Assembly: GCA_965199715.1 (NCBI GenBank)
Contig: OZ241322.1
Location: 1,888,001 to 1,952,000, forward strand
DNA from: Vicinamibacteria bacterium
GTDB taxonomy: Bacteria; Acidobacteriota; Vicinamibacteria; Marinacidobacterales; Marinacidobacteraceae
DNA length: 64,000 bases
Reading direction: 5' to 3'
Position numbers and translations under genes: made by a program. This document shows positions 30,395-38,849 of the stretch, one piece after another. Below the pieces are notes generated by a model. It searched no databases. It saw only the letters and a program-made list of their open reading frames with translations, and was not told the DNA's origin. Numbering within the stretch: the stretch's first letter is position 1; each line of letters starts with the position of its first letter.

Positions 30395-31429
30395 ATGCCG
30401 AGCACGTATCAGACGATTCCGACCTCTCGAATTGACTTCGACCGGGAAAACCCACGGATCAAGGTTGCCTTGGAAAAGTACGGCGACAAGCTCAATGAGC
30501 CCCGCATCCGATTCGCGCTGCAGACCGCCACGGAGGGGTCGGCCAGTGCGTCCTCCTATCGCGCCCTAAAGGACTCCATCAGAGCGGCGCAAGGCATTTC
30601 CGTGCCAATCGTCCTGAAGCCTCAGGATGACCGTTTCGTGTGTATTGACGGCAACACCCGCTTGGCAATCTACCAAGAGCTCCACGACGAGAGTCCCCAC
30701 GTAGGATGGGACACCATAGACTCCCTGGTTTTGGAGCATCCCACTCCCGTAGATATTGAAACGATTCGCGTTACCGCACATCTTGTGGGCGCACGTGAAT
30801 GGCCCGCATACGAAAAGGCGCGCTATCTTCACCATCTGCGCAATGTCGAATTCATGAGTTACGACGAGTTGATCGCACGATGCGGTGGGAACAGAAAAAC
30901 AATCGATCAGCAAATTGATGCCTTCCATGACATGAATGAGTACTATCGAGACTTGGGGAGTGACGATGCGTTCCGAGTCGATCGCTTCAGCGGATTCGTC
31001 GAGTTGCAAAAGCGAGGCATCAAGGAAGCCATCTTTGACGCTGGTTTCGAACTTACGGACTTCGGTGGCTGGATTCGCACGGGCAAGATCTACAAGCTGG
31101 CCGATGTCCGTATGCTGCCCCGCGTCCTCGCTGATCCAGAAGCGCAGGAGGCCTTGGTCGAGGGCGGGATTCGTGCAATAGAGCGCGCCAATGACATCGC
31201 AACGAGAAACCGCCGTCCCAGCGCGCGCTCTTCGGCTGCTGAGCTCGCAGTGGCCGATGCCGGTCTCACGCTGTTGGCGGAGGCACTTCAACAGAAAATC
31301 AACGCTCTACCACGAGAGGAGTTCCTAGCGCTTCGCGATCGGCGCGGCGATACAGAGTCGCAAGCTGTAGATGCCTTGGAGATTCTCGCGACGTCGCTTC
31401 GGGACCTTCTTCAAGATGTCACCAAGTAG
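30395..31429 (+). CDS. ParB/Sulfiredoxin-like N-terminal domain protein (copy 1)
   Basis: Start ATG 30395 (TACAAT at 30378); IDFDRENPRI, LKDSIRAAQGISVPIVL, VCIDGNTRLAI (ParB GxxR motif), HLVGAREWPAYEKA. Confidence 0.8.
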   Translation: MPSTYQTIPTSRIDFDRENPRIKVALEKYGDKLNEPRIRFALQTATEGSASASSYRALKDSIRAAQGISVPIVLKPQDDRFVCIDGNTRLAIYQELHDESPHVGWDTIDSLVLEHPTPVDIETIRVTAHLVGAREWPAYEKARYLHHLRNVEFMSYDELIARCGGNRKTIDQQIDAFHDMNEYYRDLGSDDAFRVDRFSGFVELQKRGIKEAIFDAGFELTDFGGWIRTGKIYKLADVRMLPRVLADPEAQEALVEGGIRAIERANDIATRNRRPSARSSAAELAVADAGLTLLAEALQQKINALPREEFLALRDRRGDTESQAVDALEILATSLRDLLQDVTK

Positions 31430-31865
31430 CGAGCATCAGCGGCTCACCGCTGTGACCGCCCGCGCCCTCAGGGTGCTCTACCCAAACTGGGACTTCAGGA
31501 TTGACCTTCCAGGGGAGCGGGTGCCGCGACTGCTCGGCGGTTATCGCCCCGATATTCTGGCGTGGAGCCCGGAGGATGGCGTCCGGCGAATCGTCGCCGA
31601 AGCGAAGACCGATGGCGACGTGGACAATCCCCACACACGCGCTCAGCTCCGCAGCTTTGTGGATTATCTCATTGGAGACTCTGTGCGTCAGGGCACGCTC
31701 ATTCTTGCCATCAACCCAGTCGCGGCTCCGACGGCGGTTCGCGTTCTACGCCTTCTGTGCGGTGGACACACGTCGCGGAATTTGCGCGTCTGGTACTTCG
31801 ACGGATTGGATTTCTGGGAGCGCGCCGCACACGGCGGGGGCGACTTCAGTTGGCATTTGCGCTGA
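31416..31865 (+). CDS. Small PD-(D/E)xK-family putative nuclease
   Basis: Start ATG 31416 overlaps the upstream gene; SEHQRL helix, YRPDILA...IVAEAKT...HTRAQL. Confidence 0.7.
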   Translation: MSPSSEHQRLTAVTARALRVLYPNWDFRIDLPGERVPRLLGGYRPDILAWSPEDGVRRIVAEAKTDGDVDNPHTRAQLRSFVDYLIGDSVRQGTLILAINPVAAPTAVRVLRLLCGGHTSRNLRVWYFDGLDFWERAAHGGGDFSWHLR

Positions 31866-33307
31866 GGCGAAAGCCGACGCTTTCGCCGATACACGCGGCG
31901 TACCCGTACCAACTGGACGCCGTGCGGGCGCTGGAGGATCGGCCCTACGCCGCTGTCTTCCATGAGCAGGGTCTCGGCAAGACGAAAATTGCGATTGACC
32001 TGGCGCTCCAGTGGCTCAAGCGCGACCTAGTGGACACGGTGTTCATTGTCACGAAGAAATCGTTGGTTGAGAACTGGCGACGAGAAGTGGAGGCTCACTG
32101 CGCGATCACACCGCACGTTCTGTCGAGTAACCGTGCGCGGAACAGCAAGGCACTCAACTCCCCAGTTCTTCTGTATATTATGCACTACGAGACTGTCGCG
32201 TCGAACAAAGGGACTTTGGGACTGTTCTTGCGGACGTGTCGAGTTGGATGCATTCTCGATGAAAGTCAGAAAATCAAGAACCCACAGACAGCGCTATCGC
32301 GAACCTTCCACGACATAGCGAGCGGGTTTGAACGTCGGGTCATCATGACGGGTACACCGGCCGCAAATCGTCCGTACGACATCTGGTCACAAATTCGTTT
32401 TTTGGACGGCGGACACGCTCTCGGCGAGTCGTTCGACAGTTTTCGTGCGGAGATGGATCTGCCAAATGTTGGCACTAGTGTGGACGAATACGGTCAACGC
32501 CTGAGCGCGATCCATCGACGACTAGCGCCATTTGCTGTGCGGGAGACAAAGGAGACGGCGGGCATTAGTTTGCCGGAAAAGACCATTGTCGGCCATCGAG
32601 TGGAAATGGAGATGCGACAAGCGGAACGGTATTCCGCGTACCGAGACGAACTTGCGTTGGAGTATTTGAGGGAGGACGGCAATGTCGAGGTGGACGACGC
32701 GGAGAACGTCCTCAAGCGGTTGCTGCGGCTGGTCCAATGCGCATCCAATCCGGCGTTGATCGATGAGGAGTATGACAGAGAGCCGGCGAAATTGCCGTTG
32801 CTGCGGGACCTGTGCCAGGAGTTGATTCCGGACTCGAAATTGATTATCTGGACAGGATTCGTGGCCAATGTGGAGTGGCTGGCAACGAAACTAGCCAGCT
32901 ACTCGCCATTGACTGTTCACGGAGGCCTCACGATGTCGCGACGAAATGACGCGATCTGCGAGTTTGTTGAGTCAAGACACTTGATTTTGATTGCGACGCC
33001 GGGAGCGGCCAAGGAGGGGCTCACTCTGACGGCGGCGAATCATGCGATTTTCTTTGATCGCAGTTTTAGTTTGGACGACTACCTTCAAGCACAGGATCGC
33101 ATTCACCGGATTTCTCAGACGCGAGAGACATTTGTGCACAACCTGATAGCGCAGAACACGATTGACGAATGGATCGATTCACTGCTCTCGGCGAAGTACC
33201 GTGCGGCGCAGATGGCGCAAGGTGACATCAGTGCGACACGGTTTCGCAACTCGTTCCAGTCGGATGTGGGCGAGATGCTTCGGGCGGTTCTCCGCTCCGG
33301 GCGGTAA
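31850..33307 (+). CDS. SNF2-family (SF2) helicase/ATPase
   Basis: Probable TTG start at 31850; YPYQ, FHEQGLGKT (Walker A), ILDESQKIKN (Walker B), MTGTP, KEGLTLTAAN, QAQDRIHRISQ. Confidence 0.92.
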   Translation: MAFALRRKPTLSPIHAAYPYQLDAVRALEDRPYAAVFHEQGLGKTKIAIDLALQWLKRDLVDTVFIVTKKSLVENWRREVEAHCAITPHVLSSNRARNSKALNSPVLLYIMHYETVASNKGTLGLFLRTCRVGCILDESQKIKNPQTALSRTFHDIASGFERRVIMTGTPAANRPYDIWSQIRFLDGGHALGESFDSFRAEMDLPNVGTSVDEYGQRLSAIHRRLAPFAVRETKETAGISLPEKTIVGHRVEMEMRQAERYSAYRDELALEYLREDGNVEVDDAENVLKRLLRLVQCASNPALIDEEYDREPAKLPLLRDLCQELIPDSKLIIWTGFVANVEWLATKLASYSPLTVHGGLTMSRRNDAICEFVESRHLILIATPGAAKEGLTLTAANHAIFFDRSFSLDDYLQAQDRIHRISQTRETFVHNLIAQNTIDEWIDSLLSAKYRAAQMAQGDISATRFRNSFQSDVGEMLRAVLRSGR

Positions 33308-33426
33308 TTGCGGGCGTTGCCCGGGGCGGGTTCGGACCACGCAGCTGGGTATCCGCCGCGGCGCGATATTGCGTTACGGGCGTAGGGGGCGGGGTGGTGG
33401 AGCGCATTGGGGGGTGCGGGGTCTGG

Positions 33427-33870
33427 ATGCTGGAGTCGCCCGATCGACTGCTGGATCAGTTTCTGGCGCAGCGGGGCTTCGCTGTGGCGTTCCACGAAGG
33501 GGACGCTGGTCAAGGCCTCGAAGGAGGCGGTCGCTTACCGGATCCTCGGGCCGGGATGGATGTCTGCCTGTATCGCGAGGAGGAGCGGGCGGCGGGGAAC
33601 CTTCGAAACGGGCGCAACCGGAAGCCGGCCTTACCGACGACGGGGAGATGGACCAAGGGGGTCCGCGGGGCCGCATGGGTGGACTCGGGTCGAGCCTCGT
33701 AGAGAAGCGCCTCCGGCGGCTGCTGGGGTTCGACGTGGAGACGCTCTCGAGGTCTCGCCGAACTTGTCTTGACGGTGACCGACGAGGCGCGATAGCAGCG
33801 GTCGCACGCGCTGGAGGCGACGTACGCGTTGATGTTCTTCGACGCGCTGCGGGTGAAGGTGCAGGATAAG
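33427..33870 (+). pseudogene. IS256-family transposase remnant
   Basis: Fragments across frames: PDRLLDQFL, GNLRNGRNRK, LTDDGEM, LVEKRLRRLLGFD, LEATYALMFFDALRVKVQD (IS256 'FFDALRVK' motif). Confidence 0.75.
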
Positions 33871-33916
33871 TGTCTGTGCGGCCCAACCCCATCACGGCCG
33901 TCCAATGCGCTCCCAG

Positions 33917-34560
33917 TGGAGTTGCCCCGGTTTCGTGGACGGCTGACCTCTAGCGAGGAGGGCGTCCACGATGATGACCAAGAAGAAGCGGAAGCGTCCG
34001 CAGCGGTGCGCTTCGGAACGCGGCTGGTTGAGCTGGCGCGCTCGGGCCGGAGTCCGGAGGACCCGGCGCGGGAGCTCGAGCCTACCGCCGCGATGATCCG
34101 GACCTGGCGGCGGGCCGCGGACTTGGCCGAGGAAGCGGACGCCGACGGCTGGAGTCGGCCGGAGCGCGAGGAGATGCGCCGGCCGCGTCAGGAGAACTTC
34201 CGCCTCAAGCGCGAGCGGGAGATCCCGGGAAAGGCGGCGGCCTGGTTCGCCCGGGAGACCATCTCCGAGGGTGGAGGCTCATGAAGGCGCGCCGGGCCGA
34301 GTGTCCGATCGCCATGACGGCCCGCGTCCTGAAGGTCTCGAGGAGCAGGCGCTACGCGCGGCTGGGGCGCGAGCCGTCCTCTCGCGAGGGCGGACACGGC
34401 GCTGATGGAGGCGATCCGGGCGATCCACGAGGAGAGCCGGGAGGCGTACGGCGCGCCGCGGGCTCGGGCGGAGCCTCGCTCGCGGGAAGAGCGGGCGAGC
34501 CGGAAGCGGATCGCGCGGTTGATGCGGAGGCTGGGCGTTCAGGGAGCGTCGCGGCGGCTC
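33917..34560 (+). mobile_element. IS3-family element remnant (left end, orfA, 5' part of orfB)
   Basis: TGGAGTTGCCCCGGTTTCGTGGAC left IR; orfA LVELARSGRSPEDPARELEP...RLKREREIPGKAAAWFARET; orfB RVLKVSRS..Y, IRAIHEESREAYGAPR, RKRIARLMR. DDE domain missing. Confidence 0.85.
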
Positions 34561-34679
34561 GGGGAATCGCCTACTGATTTCTTGGTACAGTGCGCTCGAA
34601 TTCCGCCATGGGACCCAAAACGGGCCCCCGATCAGGTCGTTACGGAGAGAGCGAAGAAAGTGAACGGACAGACCGCCCA

Positions 34680-35702
34680 ATGAGTTCGCATGGCCCCACA
34701 ATCACTTTACTGGGAACGACCATCGAAGGAACGGAGGAGAGCCTCCCCATAGAAGATCTCCGCTTCTTCCCAGAGAACCCGCGTGTACTGGCTGCCGTGC
34801 GAGAAATTACGGGTTTCGAGGAGCTGACGTTAGAGGAAAAACAGGAGCAAATCTACAAGCGCCTGCTGAAGGAACCCAGTGTCAAGAATCTCAAGCCCGA
34901 AATCGAGCGTGATGGCGGGCTCCAAGTGCCGATCATCGTTCGCGTAGAGACCAACCAGGTAATCGAGGGAAACTCGCGCCTTGCGGTGTACCGCGCGCTG
35001 GCCGAAGACAATAGAAGCGACGAGCGATGGACACACATACGGTGCCACGTCTTCTCCGGGCTTACGGACGAACAACAAACACGGATTTTGAGTGCAACCC
35101 ATTTACAGGGCATCACCGAATGGCCGCCGTATGCGAAAGCACTCTTCTGCTTCACAGCCGTGGAAGAGCGTCAGGTACCGATCGAAGCGTTCTCCAGCCT
35201 CACTGGAATGGGGAAGGCCGAGATACAGAAGCAGGTCAAAATAGTCAAGATGATGCAAGAAAACGCCGACAACAACTACGCGAATTTCAGCTACTACGAC
35301 GTGTTGGTGCGTTCTCGCAAACTCGCTCCTGCGATCCAAGACAACGAGACGCTTCGCAAGAAACTTCTCAGCGATATCAAGACGAGTGCCTTTACAGCAC
35401 GAGCAATGCGCGATCAGCTTCCAACTATCATGGATAAGCCGCGCGTATTTCGAAAATATATGCAGGGCGGAGTGACACTGGAGGAGGCCTACGATCGTTC
35501 GAAAATTAGCGGAGCTGAGCAGCTTCTGAAGCGGGTCCTCACGCGGTTGAAGGAAATCGAGGCGCCGGACATTACGAGTTTGGAAGCAACGCGCGCGCGA
35601 GCTCTTCAAATGCACGCCCGAAAGATCGAGAGAGAGATTCGACGCGTCTTGAGTGGCGTCGAACGGCACTTGAAGTCCGACGGAGAAAAAGGGATTCCAT
35701 GA
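34680..35702 (+). CDS. ParB/Sulfiredoxin-like N-terminal domain protein (copy 2)
   Basis: Probable ATG 34680; LRFFPENPRV, IERDGGLQVPIIV, VIEGNSRLAV, HLQGITEWPPYAKA; paralogous to 30395..31429. Confidence 0.8.
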   Translation: MSSHGPTITLLGTTIEGTEESLPIEDLRFFPENPRVLAAVREITGFEELTLEEKQEQIYKRLLKEPSVKNLKPEIERDGGLQVPIIVRVETNQVIEGNSRLAVYRALAEDNRSDERWTHIRCHVFSGLTDEQQTRILSATHLQGITEWPPYAKALFCFTAVEERQVPIEAFSSLTGMGKAEIQKQVKIVKMMQENADNNYANFSYYDVLVRSRKLAPAIQDNETLRKKLLSDIKTSAFTARAMRDQLPTIMDKPRVFRKYMQGGVTLEEAYDRSKISGAEQLLKRVLTRLKEIEAPDITSLEATRARALQMHARKIEREIRRVLSGVERHLKSDGEKGIP

Positions 35703-37324
35703 CCGCGTTCGGATCCGGGAAACGCATCCTTCTGGTGGAGCCGGGATACCGAAACAAGTATCCCCCGCTAGGCCTCATGAAGCTGGCGGCGTACCACGGG
35801 CCGGAGGGCCGGAGAGATATGGTTCGCTTCGTGAAGGGTGAAGACCCCGAGGTTCTTGAGCACGCTTGGGATCGAGTCTACGTGACCACGCTGTTCAGCT
35901 TTGAGTGGAAGCGGACTGCGGAGGCCATCGATTTCGCAGTGCGGGCCGCACACGGACAGGCCGAGCGGGTCTTCGTGGGGGGTATCGCCGCCACATTGAT
36001 GTTCGAGGATTTTGTGCGGGAACCGCGGTGGGCGGGAGTTCGCTTCATCACCGGACTCTTGGATCAGGCGCCCGCTCAGTCGCTCCAACTCTCGACCGCA
36101 GACGGTGACTTCGGCGCGGATGACATGGATGGATTGCCGATTGAGGAACGGGTGCCCGACTACACGATCCTCGATCACGTGCGCTATGGGTATCCGGTTC
36201 ACGATGCGTACTTCGGGTACGCCTCACGCGGATGTGTGAGGAAATGCGCCTTCTGCGGCGTCCCCAAATTGGAGGGTGGACAGCGGGAAATGCCACCGCT
36301 TACGGGGATGGTGCGCGACGTGTACGATCGATTTGGGCCCAAGAAGGATCTCATTCTTATGGACAACAACGTTGCGGCAAGCACGCGGTATCGGGAAGTT
36401 ATTGCAGAGATCCGTGACGTGGGTTTCCATCGGGGTGCACGGTTGGAGCGGGGAGGGAACAAGCCGATTAAGCGCCGCGTGGACTTCAATCAAGGTGTGG
36501 ACGCACGTATTCTTGTGAAGTCGCCGATGTACCTTGAGGAAATGGCCACGATATGTATTGATCCACTGCGGATTGCGTTTGATCACGTCGGGATGCGCCG
36601 AGTCTACGAGCGTGCGGTTCGCATGGCGGCGGAAAATGGCCTCACGTCATTGTCCAACTACCTGCTCTACAACTTCAAGGACTCACCGCGGGATCTCTAT
36701 CGACGCATGAAGATCAACATCGCTCTGAATGAGGAGCTCGGAGTACGGATTTGGTCGTTTCCGATGAGATACCTGCCTGTGACCATGAAGGACCGCTCCC
36801 ACGTCGGCGAACGATGGAACCGTTACTTCCTGCGGTCATTTCAGCTCATGCTGCAGGCGACGCATGGAGTTGTGTCGGGGAATGGGGAGTTCTTTCATCG
36901 GGCGTTCGGAGACGGGGAGGAGCAATTCGAGGAGCTGCTAGCGCTTCCCCACGCCTTCATTTTCGCGCGGAGCTTTTACGATCAAGGGGCGGGACGCGGC
37001 GTTTTCGACGACTACCTGGCGCTTCGGCGGCGAGCGTCGGCGAGTCAGCGTGCCGATCTTGTCGCTGTGCTCAGCGAGGTGTTGAATCTCCGCCCACGGC
37101 GGGACGCATTTCGGCGTCTGTTGGCGGATCGGTCCGTGGACCGTCTTACGCGCGAGCTGGCGCGCTTTCACGCCATCGACACGCGAGCGCCCAAGGTTAC
37201 CGAAGTGTCGCGCTTGGTTTCGGAGGTCGCGCCGGAGGAGGTACGAATCGAGGACGCGGGCTTGTATGATCCAATCGGCGGTCAGCCGGAGTCCGTAGAG
37301 ACACCGCTGCGCGCGAGCGGATGA
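35699..37324 (+). CDS. Cobalamin-binding-domain radical SAM protein
   Basis: N-terminal ILLVEP..YPPLGLMKLA, VYVTTLF, VFVGGIAATL (B12-binding Rossmann pattern); SRGCVRKCAFC (CxxxCxxC), MDNN, DFNQGVDAR; ATGA overlap with the upstream gene. Confidence 0.88.
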   Translation: MTAFGSGKRILLVEPGYRNKYPPLGLMKLAAYHGPEGRRDMVRFVKGEDPEVLEHAWDRVYVTTLFSFEWKRTAEAIDFAVRAAHGQAERVFVGGIAATLMFEDFVREPRWAGVRFITGLLDQAPAQSLQLSTADGDFGADDMDGLPIEERVPDYTILDHVRYGYPVHDAYFGYASRGCVRKCAFCGVPKLEGGQREMPPLTGMVRDVYDRFGPKKDLILMDNNVAASTRYREVIAEIRDVGFHRGARLERGGNKPIKRRVDFNQGVDARILVKSPMYLEEMATICIDPLRIAFDHVGMRRVYERAVRMAAENGLTSLSNYLLYNFKDSPRDLYRRMKINIALNEELGVRIWSFPMRYLPVTMKDRSHVGERWNRYFLRSFQLMLQATHGVVSGNGEFFHRAFGDGEEQFEELLALPHAFIFARSFYDQGAGRGVFDDYLALRRRASASQRADLVAVLSEVLNLRPRRDAFRRLLADRSVDRLTRELARFHAIDTRAPKVTEVSRLVSEVAPEEVRIEDAGLYDPIGGQPESVETPLRASG

Positions 37325-38832
37325 GACGGGAACGCCCGGCGCTCGTCGGGGGCGATATCCTGCGGCTGGTCACATCGGGGATTTATGACGACCCCTTGAT
37401 GTTGTATCGGGAATACCTCCAGAACGCGGCGGATTCGGTGGAGATTGAGGCTGGTGGGAAGGGAGCGGCGCACGTCGTTCTCGATCGACTTGCCGGACGA
37501 GTAACCGTACGTGACGATGGTGCCGGGTTGTCGCCGGCCGAGGCGGTCAACCGGCTGACGGATGTGGGGAACAGCCCGAAGGTTCCTGGGCGTCATCGCG
37601 GGTTGCGCGGAGTTGGGCGTCTGTGTGCGCTCGCGTTCGCGGAGAGCGTGCACTTCACAACGCGCGCCAGTGGGAGGGAACCGGTGACGCGCGTCTCTTG
37701 GAGCGGGCGCGCTTTCCGCGAAGGAGCCGGGGTCGACATGGACGCGAGGGAGGCGATTGAGTCCTGTACTGAAGTCCAGACGCTCTTGGGAGGGGACTGG
37801 CCCGAACGGTTCTTTGAGGTGAGAGTGGAACGCGTGACGCGGATGGCGGCCGGACTGGTGCTCAACGAAGATGCAGTCCGACGGTACATTGGCGAGGTGT
37901 GCCCCGTTCCCTTGGATTCATCTTTTCCATTTGCCACTGAGGTGAACGCGTTCCTCAGTCAACACATCAACTACTTCGGGCTTGACGTGCGGCTCAATGA
38001 ACGGGAGAGGCCGATCAAGCGACCATACGGGAAGGGTGTGAGAGTGACGGACGAGCTATTGGTTCCGTTCGAGCGACTTGAGACTCGTCTGATTCCGCGA
38101 ATCGATTCGGACCGGCCGGCGGCCGTCGTGTGGCTTGCGCACACGCCGTATATGGGCTCGATCTCGAAGCGACTGGCGATTCGGGGCCTTCGTGCACGAG
38201 TCGGGAACGTGCAAGTGGGTGGGGATCACGTGTTCGAGAAATTGTTTCATGAGTCTCGTTTCAATGGGTGGTGCGTAGGGGAGGTCCATATTGCGGATAG
38301 TCGGATCGCCCCCAACGGGAGACGCGACTACTTCGAGGTGAACCCGCATCTGCGGAATCTCGAGAACCATCTTGGGACGGTCGCGCGGGAGATTGGCGGG
38401 AGGTGTCGGCGGGCCTCGTCGCAACGCAACAGAATTCGTAACGTTCGGACGGTCATCGGTCAGGTCAAGCGAGCTCGGGAGTTGGCGATATCGGGGTACC
38501 TGTGTAGGGAGGACGCAGCGCGGCTGTTGCAGCGCCAGCGGGCGCGGATGGAGGAGATCAGGAAACACGTGCGGCTGCTTCCGGCCGCCCTGGGCGTGGA
38601 GGGGGGCGAAATGGAGTCTCTTGAGAGCGAGTTGGAGGAGGTCGACTTGGAAGCGCTCGGGCGCCGCGCCAACGACAGACTGACTGACTTGCCGCCTACG
38701 TCGGCACGCGCCCTGCGGTCGGCCTTTGGGGCGCTCGCTGCGACCATGTCGGTCGACGCAGTCTTCGAAGTCATTGCGCTCGTCGAAGGCCGGCTGTCTC
38801 GTGAGCGGGCTTTTCGGGCGAGCCGAGCGTGA
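37321..38832 (+). CDS. GHKL ATPase (MORC/Hsp90-like, HATPase + S5 domain)
   Basis: YREYLQNAADS (ExxxNxxD), RDDGAGL, RGLRGVGRL, FTTR; second domain RVGNVQVG...CVGEVHI...PNGRRDYFE; helical C-terminus; ATGA overlap. Confidence 0.88.
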   Translation: MRRERPALVGGDILRLVTSGIYDDPLMLYREYLQNAADSVEIEAGGKGAAHVVLDRLAGRVTVRDDGAGLSPAEAVNRLTDVGNSPKVPGRHRGLRGVGRLCALAFAESVHFTTRASGREPVTRVSWSGRAFREGAGVDMDAREAIESCTEVQTLLGGDWPERFFEVRVERVTRMAAGLVLNEDAVRRYIGEVCPVPLDSSFPFATEVNAFLSQHINYFGLDVRLNERERPIKRPYGKGVRVTDELLVPFERLETRLIPRIDSDRPAAVVWLAHTPYMGSISKRLAIRGLRARVGNVQVGGDHVFEKLFHESRFNGWCVGEVHIADSRIAPNGRRDYFEVNPHLRNLENHLGTVAREIGGRCRRASSQRNRIRNVRTVIGQVKRARELAISGYLCREDAARLLQRQRARMEEIRKHVRLLPAALGVEGGEMESLESELEEVDLEALGRRANDRLTDLPPTSARALRSAFGALAATMSVDAVFEVIALVEGRLSRERAFRASRA

Positions 38833-38849
38833 CTTCCGCTGCGGCCGCT

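Noticed and set aside
30395-38832. Assignment to Dpd, Dnd/Ssp, DISARM, BREX, Mza or viperin systems
   Set aside because: Hallmark genes (DpdA/TGT, DndC/SspD, DNA methylase, PglZ, Z1/AIPR) are missing, and the radical SAM protein has a B12-type N-terminal domain unlike viperins. Judged by eye; needs HMM confirmation.
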